63,512 bases of DNA from a virus. Taxonomy: Duplodnaviria > Caudoviricetes. The first letter of the stretch is position 1. Every line of letters starts with the position of its first letter. The notes beneath the pieces were generated by a model that ran no database searches, was not told the DNA's origin, and saw only the letters and a list, made by a program, of their open reading frames with translations. The DNA lies in the IMG/VR virus record IMGVR_UViG_3300020045_009345, positions 1-63,512 of that record. One strand, given 5' to 3'. Positions 19,737-28,625 of the stretch are shown here, one piece after another. Position numbers and translations under genes: made by a program.

Positions 19737-21077
19737 TTATAATTTTTCTACTTCTGATTTAGCCCACTTTTTAAATCCATCAAATTTACTCAAAATATTC
19801 CGAACTAGCAAATCTGATTCTTCACCTGATGGAGCGAAAAGCGCTAAGGATTCAATCCATGCAGATAATTTTTCTTTTTTAGGTGCTTTAGCAAGTAGGA
19901 GTTTGGAATTTTCTTCTTCTTGTCTCTTTGCTTCCTGATTTCTATCATCTTCCCATTGAAGTTCTGCACCTTTTTTTATGTCTGAAAGTGCTTTTACATA
20001 TTCATTATCTGGCAAATTTAGCACCTTGTCATAATTACGGATGAATACAATAAACGGGCGAAGTTCTTTATTTCTCGCTTCTAATTTGGCAGCTTTTTGT
20101 TCTGCTGCAATTCTAGCATCATTTAAAATTTTGTTTTCTTTCGTTGCCTGAGCTTCGTAGGCTACGCGCTTAGCTTCTTCTGCCGCAAACTTAGCGTCCG
20201 ACTCTGCTTTTTGTTTTTTAAGTTCGGATTCTTTTTCTTCTGCTATTTTTTGTAAACGCTCCTTTTCAGCCGACTCGGACTTTTTAAGCTCTAAAACTAA
20301 TTTAGTTGCTTTATTTACCTGCGCTAGGAATTTATCGTCGTCTAATTCGCATAGCTCCTCAAATACGTATGAACTTGCTCCGGCGTATGAAAATGTTCCA
20401 TCATTAAGTGCAAATTTAAATCCGGTACCAGCGAAAGTTTGAAATCTATTTTGATCTCTTTGCTTGCGTGACTCTGCTAACTTTAACTTTTCTTGTTCTT
20501 CTTTCTCTTTTTGCTTGGTGTCCTCTTTGGCCTTTAGTAAACCGGAAAAGAATACGTCGAATGAGGCGTCAGACATATATTCAATTTCTTGACGTGAAAT
20601 TTCCGGGTCGACGGAAGCTAACTTAGCCAAATGAGTTTGTACTTTAAGTTCATGTTGCTCTATTTCATAACGTTCAGCAGTTTTTTCTTTGTATTCAGCG
20701 GATTGCTCAATCTCTTTGAATAAGATTTGCATAGTTTGTTTTGCTTTCAGCCAAAGTTTATCTTCAGTTTGAAATGACAACATTTGCGACTGAACTTCTT
20801 CTCTTTTGCCATCAAACACTTTTTCGGCGGAAAGGCGCGCGTTTTTAGCATTTAATCTAGCAGTTTTGGCTAAATTCATACCCATCTTATCAGATGGGTC
20901 TTTTACAACAATAGAGTCTACCTGATTTTTCCAGTCTGCGGTACCAGAGAATATTTGAGTTAATACACTATTTACTTCTTCACGCTTTTCATTTGAGACT
21001 CTAAGCGATAATGATTGCACTTCATCAGGAAGTACTACTGGTTTGGTTGTTTGTTCTTGTTCCATTTTATATTTCAA
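19737..21077 (-). CDS. Long coiled-coil protein of the recombination module
   Basis: E/K/A-rich heptad composition; follows the YqaJ gene. Confidence 0.6.
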   Translation of the reverse strand: MKYKMEQEQTTKPVVLPDEVQSLSLRVSNEKREEVNSVLTQIFSGTADWKNQVDSIVVKDPSDKMGMNLAKTARLNAKNARLSAEKVFDGKREEVQSQMLSFQTEDKLWLKAKQTMQILFKEIEQSAEYKEKTAERYEIEQHELKVQTHLAKLASVDPEISRQEIEYMSDASFDVFFSGLLKAKEDTKQKEKEEQEKLKLAESRKQRDQNRFQTFAGTGFKFALNDGTFSYAGASSYVFEELCELDDDKFLAQVNKATKLVLELKKSESAEKERLQKIAEEKESELKKQKAESDAKFAAEEAKRVAYEAQATKENKILNDARIAAEQKAAKLEARNKELRPFIVFIRNYDKVLNLPDNEYVKALSDIKKGAELQWEDDRNQEAKRQEEENSKLLLAKAPKKEKLSAWIESLALFAPSGEESDLLVRNILSKFDGFKKWAKSEVEKL

Positions 21078-21831
21078 TTTTTAAAGTATTGATAAGTTCT
21101 AAATCTTTTCCTGAATTTAAATAAGCGTCAGCATATCGAATTCGCATTTCTACTCTAGATATATCTGGCGCGAGTTCAGCTCGAGAAAATTCAAATAATA
21201 TTCCGCGAGATGGATCTAATACATCGCGTAAGTCCCATGGATTTTCATCTATTTGCGGCAAATATTTAAGAAGATATATTTTTTGAACATCTGGGTAAGC
21301 GAGCATTTGAGCGGCTAACTGATCTATATGTTCTTCTTTTGCCATTTCTTTCTTATTTTCAAATGGCAATGTAGGAGAAAAGTAACGATTTTGCATTTTA
21401 CGCCCTATTACACATTTCACTTCGAGCAATGCATAAATTTGTGATTTTATATATTCGGCATATACTTCACTACGCTCAGATGAAATTGCATTAATTACAA
21501 ACGCATCTGGACTGACCCCAAACTTTAAATTTTCAAATGGAACCTCAAATATTTTATCATTGAAATCTTTATCGCAATGAAGTATGTTCATTTCGGGTTT
21601 GTTAGTCCTTATCCATTCAATTCCATAAGGCTCATTTTCTATTCCGAGTTGTGTAGGTCTAGCCGAAATAGGGGGTTTTGGCTCACCAGATACTCTCTGC
21701 TGTTGAATTTCATAAAGACAGTCTATATTTCCTTCTGTCCATTTACCACTCTTTGAATTCAGATCTTTCACTATTGATGCAGATATAAATCCTACTTTAT
21801 GTAGATTCCAGTCTTTTTCTTTTTTATCCAT
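21067..21831 (-). CDS. YqaJ/lambda-exonuclease-like nuclease
   Basis: GFISAS..GIENEP..GVSPDA..LEVKC..Q..AQM. Confidence 0.8.
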   Translation of the reverse strand: MDKKEKDWNLHKVGFISASIVKDLNSKSGKWTEGNIDCLYEIQQQRVSGEPKPPISARPTQLGIENEPYGIEWIRTNKPEMNILHCDKDFNDKIFEVPFENLKFGVSPDAFVINAISSERSEVYAEYIKSQIYALLEVKCVIGRKMQNRYFSPTLPFENKKEMAKEEHIDQLAAQMLAYPDVQKIYLLKYLPQIDENPWDLRDVLDPSRGILFEFSRAELAPDISRVEMRIRYADAYLNSGKDLELINTLKIEI

Positions 21832-21974
21832 TTTATTTAGTTTTTAATATGATAGACAAAATTATAACTCCAAGCATTACGCACATATAATATGCAATCC
21901 AAAATGCCTTTAAACTCGTAAGTAAATTTATACGAGATAGTAGCATTTTGATATAATATACAATTCTATTCATC

Positions 21975-22463
21975 CTATTTTTGTGTTAATCGTTTTTCCA
22001 TTTCTTTTGATACGTTATAAAATCCACGAAGCTCATCCATTGTTTTACTTTTCAAGAACTCAACTGCTTTTTCGAAATTAGCTTCTGTAATTTCCGGTTT
22101 TGGTTGTACGGGTACTTTTGCTGGTAGTTTGGATATTCGAAGTCCATATCCAAATTTAGTATCTTCTTTCGTTAGGCGAACAGGTAATTTTTTAATAGTA
22201 AGTAATTCCCACTCGCCTTTTTTTGTTAACTTCAATAGAATCTCTTTGTTTTTTCTATTTAAAACAAGACCTAAATTAGTGTATGGATTTTTTTCAAATA
22301 CAGCTACAAAAGCATTTTTAGTTTGTCCGTTTGTCTTTTCATTTTCCCTTGCCTCTATATGGTCAATAACTATGTATTCTATATCGTTTCCATTAGGTAA
22401 TATGGATATATCTGCGTGAGTTGGAGTACCACCCCATTTGTAATGAATTAATTCTTCTTCCAT
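21975..22463 (-). CDS. Putative ssDNA-annealing/recombination protein
   Basis: Upstream of YqaJ; LVLNRKN..GLRI core resembles phage SSAP-like families. Confidence 0.4.
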   Translation of the reverse strand: MEEELIHYKWGGTPTHADISILPNGNDIEYIVIDHIEARENEKTNGQTKNAFVAVFEKNPYTNLGLVLNRKNKEILLKLTKKGEWELLTIKKLPVRLTKEDTKFGYGLRISKLPAKVPVQPKPEITEANFEKAVEFLKSKTMDELRGFYNVSKEMEKRLTQK

Positions 22464-22465
22464 GA

Positions 22466-23175
22466 TTATTTATCTTTTAAATAATAATTGTTATTGTATA
22501 TTTTAATTTTAAACCATCCTTCTTCTTCTGTCAAGTGGTTATCAGCCCAAGATCTTGATTTCTTTTTTAAAAATCTATATTGCTCGACTGATATTAGCTC
22601 ATTTTTTTTTGCTAATTTATTTATTTCAGACGCGAGTTCTTTTCGACTGATGTTTTCTATTTCTTTCAATATATAATCCACGCAATTTTCAGCATTTGGG
22701 TCTTTTTGGGCTAAGCAATTCAGCACCTCATTTAGAATATTTTTTCTCAATTCTTTCGTGATCATTTCTTCTTATTTTTAATTTTTTCTAATTCTTGAAT
22801 ACTTTCAGCCGTTTGCTCTTGTTGTACTTTTTGTTCTGCCAAAATTTCAGCGTCGGATTGAGTCTGTTTTACGGAGTTTTGTCTTTTAGTGGAACGCTCT
22901 ACTTCTCTGTAAAATTCTTTTATTACCTTAGCGTCACGGAACATCCATCGCGTCATAAATTGAGCTCGGACCAATTCTGTTAATTCGTTTAACCCATCGT
23001 TAGTTACAAGATAATTTACCATTCCAGCCTCAAATGTGGTAGCCGAATATCTCAATAACCAGTCTTTACTTGCTGATTCAAATTGAACAAATGTTGGGTC
23101 TATAGTCACACGGTATACAACTTCTTTATCGCGTAGAAGTTCAATTACATTTGTTTTTTGTTTTTTCTTTAACAT
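22466..23175 (-). CDS. Two hypothetical genes (22466-22765, 22762-23175)
   Basis: Co-oriented ORFs with ATGA overlap. Confidence 0.6.
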
Positions 23176-23186
23176 GTTGTTTTATT

Positions 23187-23708
23187 TTAATTTAAAAACC
23201 ATTCTCTTATTTCGTATTCACTTTCTAACAATTCATCGGCCATATGTGGATTGCATTTAGAGGGTACGTTTGGCATATCTATAAAAATTGAAATATATGA
23301 TAATTCATCATCTAGCCTATTTGTAGCTATCATTATATTTGGCCAATTATTAGATGTATATCCTTTTTTGCCAACGGGTCTAACAAATATATCGTTTTTG
23401 TTAATTAATTGTTGTATACTAGAAGGATAAAATTCATTTGGAAGGTCTTCTATTAAAAGCAATATACTTCCTTCTATTTCATCCATATTTGTTTTTATAT
23501 CGTCGTAACTGATAATTATAGAATTACTAACTATACGTCTAATAATTTTCATTAGCGTACTCTTACCATTAGCCCCAGTACCATATAGCGTGATAGCTTC
23601 ATTATTGCTTCTGCCTAGTATTGAATTTTTTACGTAGTTTTTGAACACTTCACGATAGTTTCCATTTGGAATTGCCCCTTCAATAAATTCTTGCCATTTT
23701 GTTTTCAT
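23187..23708 (-). CDS. Stand-alone SF3 ATPase domain, paralog of the D5 helicase core
   Basis: WQEFI...LYGTGANGKS...VRPVG...IATN...IREW colinear with the central part of 6962..8422; no WRR arginine finger. Confidence 0.8.
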   Translation of the reverse strand: MKTKWQEFIEGAIPNGNYREVFKNYVKNSILGRSNNEAITLYGTGANGKSTLMKIIRRIVSNSIIISYDDIKTNMDEIEGSILLLIEDLPNEFYPSSIQQLINKNDIFVRPVGKKGYTSNNWPNIMIATNRLDDELSYISIFIDMPNVPSKCNPHMADELLESEYEIREWFLN

Positions 23709-23986
23709 AATTCTTCAAATTCTTTTTGTGCTTTCTCTAATTCTCTTTTTAATTCCGAAATTATTATCTGTCCTGCAAAACTGATAGCTTTTCCTATACC
23801 ATCGCAGCAAAATTCTCTCCACGCGTTCTCTTTACCTTTTTCATCAAACTGAGCTTCCCAGTCGCCACCGCGCTTAAATATTAAATCTATTTTTAAGTTA
23901 TCTTGTTCAAGGTTCTTAATTGTAGACGATAAAGAGCTAATTTTGGCGCTTAAATTGTTAATTTCTAATCTTTTTTCTTCTGTCAT
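23705..23986 (-). CDS. Hypothetical coiled-coil protein
   Basis: ORF with ATGA overlap. Confidence 0.55.
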   Translation of the reverse strand: MTEEKRLEINNLSAKISSLSSTIKNLEQDNLKIDLIFKRGGDWEAQFDEKGKENAWREFCCDGIGKAISFAGQIIISELKRELEKAQKEFEEL

Positions 23987-23999
23987 AATTTTATTTTTT

Positions 24000-24323
24000 T
24001 TAATCGTATAAGTCTTGATCTTGTATGAATAATTTATCCATGAGTTCTTCTTGCTGTCGCATCATAGCGTTTATTTGTCTTATAGGGGTATAGTGTTCTT
24101 TAGCCCATTTCGCGTGATATTCTTTTACTTTATCTTTATTTTCTAGGTAATACTTATAAGCACCACGTTTTATTGTATCTTTATATTTAGTATAATATTT
24201 CTGTCTATCAATTCTTATACATGCCTTACATGCCGATGTCAATCCATCTTTGCGTCTTTTATCTTTCCCGAATTTGTCTATATTGTATACGCACCCACAT
24301 GTTCTACATTTCTTTGTTTCCAT
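24000..24323 (-). CDS. Zn-finger protein (N-terminal domain type of phage HNH/endo VII proteins)
   Basis: KKCRTC..F.KDKRRKDGLTSACKAC; no nuclease motif seen. Confidence 0.7.
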   Translation of the reverse strand: METKKCRTCGCVYNIDKFGKDKRRKDGLTSACKACIRIDRQKYYTKYKDTIKRGAYKYYLENKDKVKEYHAKWAKEHYTPIRQINAMMRQQEELMDKLFIQDQDLYD

Positions 24324-24354
24324 ATTGTTTTTTATTTATTCTTACTCAACACTA

Positions 24355-24425
24355 CAAAGATAATACATAATACTCAACTTTGTATCATCAGAATTATATA
24401 TTTATGCTTTTTTATATTATCTTTG
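24355..24425. promoter_or_regulatory. Divergent promoter pair (left: minus-strand early block; right: portal operon)
   Basis: TATTATCTTTG on minus (24365-24355) and on plus (24415-24425). Confidence 0.7.
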
Positions 24426-24430
24426 CCCCG

Positions 24431-25957
24431 ATGACAGAGATCCGCCCATATCTACAGAAACCTATCTGGACAAGGAGAGCATCCTCAGATCTGTACATGA
24501 AGCCAGAAGTAATATCACCTCTTGACACTCAGGAGATGACATTCGATACTGCGCGCGTATATAGGATGACTCAACAAGAATTTCTTGATGAATTATATCC
24601 ATCTTCACATAAGATAAACAATTGCAAGTTTAGGTCCATGCGCGTTAAGACCAAGTACAACGAGTCTAATCAGAAGCATGAATTTGATGGTTACGAAGAT
24701 GTCGAAAGAGTTTCAATTGGTATACAAGAGGCTGACAGGAGACACAAAGTTACTCACACTTTTGGTAGACCTATGTGGTTTGGCGCAGAGGGGAAAGACG
24801 AAAAAAATAGCGAGCTAGTCAAAAATTTCAATATGTATTGGAATATGGCCGGAATGACTGATGCCTTATCCGTATGGGGTAAATCCCTATTCGGAACCGC
24901 TGATGCTGCGATATATCTATATAAAAACGGAACCGGAGATATTCAATATAAAATATTCTCATACGAAAACGGAGATGTATTTAACATGACCAAAGACGAA
25001 AATGGAAATGATATTTTTGTCAGGATGATCAAAGTAAATAATATCCAAACGGTAGAGATATACGGAGATAAATATGTAGATGTCTGGGTACAAAATACAA
25101 ACTCAGAAAATTTAGCTGCTACATTCAACAAGGTTATAAATAAATTAAAGGGCAAAATACTATCTAGTTCAACTGATGGATTTGATTTAATATCTCATAC
25201 GGCTCACGGATTATCTCAGTGTCCGGTTATGTATTGGAGACTTCCGGATGTTATTTGGGGCAACGGGCAAGATGTGTTAGAACGCATAGAGCGCATCCTT
25301 TCTGACCTTGGTGAGAATAATAAATATTACGCTTATCAAATATTATTTATTGCCGGAGCTGTTATGAATTTGCCTCCTGTCGCTAAGATGGGGAAAACCA
25401 TAGCAAGCAAATCCACTGACGGTAAAGCCGAGATACTTGATCCCGCGGATGCCAGCAATACATTTACTCTAGATCTTGACACTAATTTTGAGTTATTATG
25501 GGAAACTCTAGGTATGGTTGTATTAGATCCTAAAGATCTAAAGGGTGGAGATTATTCTGGCGCATTTATTAAAAACTTATATTGGCGCGAAGTTCAATGG
25601 TCAACAAACATGATAGCAGAACTCAGACCCGCATTTACAAAACTTATTTCTATATTCAAAGAACTTATATCCATCATAGAAAAAGATGACAGATATAATA
25701 GAATGAAGATGACATTTCAACTTACTCCATTTGTTCCTAAGAATGAATTGGAAGAAGTTACCATGATAACTCAGTCTGTAGCTGCCGGAATTACATCTGT
25801 AGAGACTGGATCCGGAGAACTAGATTTTAATAATCCAATGGAGTTTGAGCGGATACAGGAAGAGGCAAATGCAAAAGCCAAATTGGATACGTCGCAACCA
25901 GATGCCTCGGCGCAAACTGATCCACTACTTAAAGTAGACAATAAATTAAAACAATAA
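24431..25957 (+). CDS. Portal protein
   Basis: ~508 aa, helical; H..SQCPVMY..WG..Q..ERIER..SDL and F.PFVPKN..E..AGITSVETG patterns as in SPP1-like portals; ATG 24431 follows the promoter. Confidence 0.75.
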   Translation: MTEIRPYLQKPIWTRRASSDLYMKPEVISPLDTQEMTFDTARVYRMTQQEFLDELYPSSHKINNCKFRSMRVKTKYNESNQKHEFDGYEDVERVSIGIQEADRRHKVTHTFGRPMWFGAEGKDEKNSELVKNFNMYWNMAGMTDALSVWGKSLFGTADAAIYLYKNGTGDIQYKIFSYENGDVFNMTKDENGNDIFVRMIKVNNIQTVEIYGDKYVDVWVQNTNSENLAATFNKVINKLKGKILSSSTDGFDLISHTAHGLSQCPVMYWRLPDVIWGNGQDVLERIERILSDLGENNKYYAYQILFIAGAVMNLPPVAKMGKTIASKSTDGKAEILDPADASNTFTLDLDTNFELLWETLGMVVLDPKDLKGGDYSGAFIKNLYWREVQWSTNMIAELRPAFTKLISIFKELISIIEKDDRYNRMKMTFQLTPFVPKNELEEVTMITQSVAAGITSVETGSGELDFNNPMEFERIQEEANAKAKLDTSQPDASAQTDPLLKVDNKLKQ

Positions 25958-25963
25958 CATAAA

Positions 25964-27376
25964 GTGAACCACCAACAACAAAAAAAACTTATCGTGGCTA
26001 TATTTAATTATAACCACAATGAAAACGCGCAACGGCTTAAATCTATTTTTGAGCCATATTTTCCAACTTATATTTTTGATTCAGGATCCGAACCGCCATG
26101 CCCAAGTGCAATCCATTATGACAATATATATTATGGTGGAATGTTCAATGAGCTGATCAAAAAGGGTAAAAATTATGAATGGACTTGTTTAATCACTTCC
26201 GATGTTCAAATAGCTGATAATTTTATTAAGGCAATTCCGGAACGCATGATGCAAGTAATGAATAGTTCTGAAATTGGGAACTATCAACCCTCATGCGACT
26301 CAAGAGGGAGATCGCACGATTATGGATATAATAAGTCCACTGGAAACTTCCGGTCGGTTCCGTACTTTGAAGGGTGGTTCCAGATGTTTCGTACCAACCT
26401 TGGTTTTTCGGTGGACTTATCTTTAAATAAAATAGGCTGGGGAACGGATCTATATTTATGCAAGAAAGCAAGAGATAGGGGCTTATTGAATATCGTAGAT
26501 GATTCCGTAGTCGTATTTCATCCCAAGGAAACAGGATTCAGTAATCAAGAAGCCAATCAACAAATGCAGGCGTGGAAATCAACCTTGCCAGATTTTGAAA
26601 ACAACATTAAAACCGGAGTTGGCATAATATGCTATGAAGGAACCGAACATCTACGAGAGATAATTGAAGAAATACGAGGTGAGGTTGATAATATTACATT
26701 ATTGTGGTGCGATCATAGTTACGCCGGTAAATATGCTGATGAATCGGACAAATACGAAGTCCAAAGTTTGCTCCTAGAATACGAATTAGTGAACAATGTT
26801 ATCGAATTTCCCATTATACCTTATGTTCCATCCCGCGAACAAGAGACCATCCGAAGGAACCAGGGCTTAGCATATTTTCAATCTATCGGTATTGATTATG
26901 CCTTGATAATGGATTCAGACGAATTCTACCACAAAGAAGAATTTAAATCCGCAAAAGAAGTAGTTAGACAATGGCTTCCACAAGCAACTTACTGTTATTA
27001 CAAGAACTACTATAAATATAAAAATTGCGAGCTTAAGGACGATTGTTTCCCAACTCCGCGTGTAGTACCATTTTTATGCCATACATCCCAACGATTCAAA
27101 TTCGATATTCCATTTCCAAACCCATCTGACCCAACCAGGAGGATGTGGACTCATTGTAATATATTTTTCCCAAAAGAACAAATAACGATGCGTCACTGGA
27201 GTTGGATTAGAAACGACATTCGTAAAAAAATTATGAACTGGTCATCTATTGATATGTTTCCGAAACATGAGATAGAAGAAATGATTGATTATTTCGAAAA
27301 GTTTGATGACAGACAGACTTATGTCAGGGTTCCGCACAAGATTAAAAAGAACAAGGTTGAAGTAAAATTCGAATAG
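25964..27376 (+). CDS. Two-domain glycosyltransferase (GT-A + GT-A)
   Basis: Domain 1 IFNYN..DSGS..ITSDV..GWGTD..VVFH; domain 2 GIICYEG..IRRNQGL..IMDSDEFY..MRHWSWIR. Confidence 0.75.
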   Translation: MNHQQQKKLIVAIFNYNHNENAQRLKSIFEPYFPTYIFDSGSEPPCPSAIHYDNIYYGGMFNELIKKGKNYEWTCLITSDVQIADNFIKAIPERMMQVMNSSEIGNYQPSCDSRGRSHDYGYNKSTGNFRSVPYFEGWFQMFRTNLGFSVDLSLNKIGWGTDLYLCKKARDRGLLNIVDDSVVVFHPKETGFSNQEANQQMQAWKSTLPDFENNIKTGVGIICYEGTEHLREIIEEIRGEVDNITLLWCDHSYAGKYADESDKYEVQSLLLEYELVNNVIEFPIIPYVPSREQETIRRNQGLAYFQSIGIDYALIMDSDEFYHKEEFKSAKEVVRQWLPQATYCYYKNYYKYKNCELKDDCFPTPRVVPFLCHTSQRFKFDIPFPNPSDPTRRMWTHCNIFFPKEQITMRHWSWIRNDIRKKIMNWSSIDMFPKHEIEEMIDYFEKFDDRQTYVRVPHKIKKNKVEVKFE

Positions 27377-27378
27377 TT

Positions 27379-27867
27379 ATGGGTGATGTAACTAATACTA
27401 ATTACTGGGCTAAAATGCAAGTGATAGACCTGCCATTCGCTATGCAAGATTTAGTAAGATTTTGTTTTGGAGATTTCATAGGTAAGGGAAGTTTTAGAAC
27501 CGTATTCAATTGGGATTTAAGATCTGGGACTGTGGTTAAGTTTTGTCACGCCAATGATTGCCAGTCAAACTGGACTGAATACGCTATATGGCAGTCCATC
27601 AAAGATACTAAAAACGCCAAATGGTTTTGCCCGGTAATAGACATTTCACCGTGCGGTAGATTTTTATTAATGAAAAAGGCCAGATCTTTAAAGCAAACTG
27701 ATAAGCTTCCAACTAAACTCCCGAATTTCTTTACGGATATTCATACCGGTAATTTCGGCTGGATAGGGAAGCAATTGGTATGTACCGATTATCAGTTTAT
27801 AGAGAGACCATTGGATTTGTCATTTAATACAAATATGCGAAAAGCCGAGTGGACTAAATATTTTTAA
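27379..27867 (+). CDS. Minimal protein-kinase-like fold protein
   Basis: Gly loop IGKGSFRTVF, VVKF lysine, helix-C E (NWTE), catalytic loop DIHTGNFG, metal-binding DY. Confidence 0.75.
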   Translation: MGDVTNTNYWAKMQVIDLPFAMQDLVRFCFGDFIGKGSFRTVFNWDLRSGTVVKFCHANDCQSNWTEYAIWQSIKDTKNAKWFCPVIDISPCGRFLLMKKARSLKQTDKLPTKLPNFFTDIHTGNFGWIGKQLVCTDYQFIERPLDLSFNTNMRKAEWTKYF

Positions 27868-27919
27868 TGCTGATTTAAATTAAAATTATTATATATTTTT
27901 ATTAAATAGTATTAATTAA

Positions 27920-27951
27920 TTTGGCCAGATATAGAACATTCTATATCTTTG
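27920..27951 (+). promoter_or_regulatory. Promoter for the tRNA/ncRNA unit
   Basis: TTTG 27920-27923, 20-nt spacer, TATCTTTG 27944-27951. Confidence 0.75.
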
Positions 27952-27993
27952 TACCGTCTGAGATTGACTGGCAGTGCGGAAAGACGTACAAAT

Positions 27994-28064
27994 TGCGGGG
28001 TGTTGTAATTGGTAACATGCAAGTCTCATAAGCTTGCGTTTCAGTTCGAGTCTGACGACCGCAT
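27994..28064 (+). tRNA. tRNA with CAT anticodon (Met or Ile2), non-canonical stems, no encoded CCA
   Basis: TGCGGGG acceptor, D loop AATTGGTA, anticodon arm CAAGT-CTCATAA-GCTTG, T arm TCAG-TTCGAGT-CTGA, 3' GACCGCA. Confidence 0.75.
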
Positions 28065-28555
28065 CAAACGCGACGGGAGAGCGATCCACGTTGATAGATT
28101 TACAAGGATTTATGAAAGAACGCTATTCTGACATTGGATTGAACTAGAAGATAAGATATGTCGATCAAAATTATAGCATAAGGGTATGTAAATAAGGAGT
28201 GTGTTGCAAATGGAAGAAATAGTAACGAGTATAAACACGAGGCTAGTGTAAGCTCACAATGCAGAGTTCTATTTAATCTCTTTTCTGCATTAATTTAACT
28301 TGATGGTAGTATAGTTCTTTTAGAGCACAAAGTATAAATTTCTACTATAAATTCAGATCGAAGCAAACACATTGGACTCGTTGAAGGTGAACCCAGGCAT
28401 GGGTTAGTTTGTTAGATGTAAGAGTATCCAGTAAGAATCCATGGGAAGTGAGTTGCATGAAACAAGTCCTACAAGTCTGGAGCGTTATTATTCCTTATGC
28501 GAGGGCTGAATTTATTTTTATTGAAATATATGCCGTAGCATGACATATATTTAAA
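28065..28555 (+). ncRNA. Candidate large structured ncRNA
   Basis: No ORF of 60 aa or more; many complementary segments including a closing helix GCATAAGGG/TCCTTATGC (28176-84/28492-500) and two crossing helix pairs. Confidence 0.6.
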
Positions 28556-28564
28556 CTATTATAT

Positions 28565-28620
28565 ATAAGCCTACGGTGATGGACTGCTACTCCTGATCCG
28601 CTAGGCTTATTTTATTTATT
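28565..28620. terminator. Hairpin terminator between the ncRNA unit and convergent terL
   Basis: ATAAGCCTA...TAGGCTTAT (28565-73/28602-10) followed by a T-rich tract. Confidence 0.65.
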
Positions 28621-28625
28621 AATTA

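Noticed and set aside
27868-28625. CRISPR mini-array or tmRNA in the large intergenic region
   Set aside because: No regularly spaced direct repeats; no tmRNA-like termini or tag reading frame recognised.
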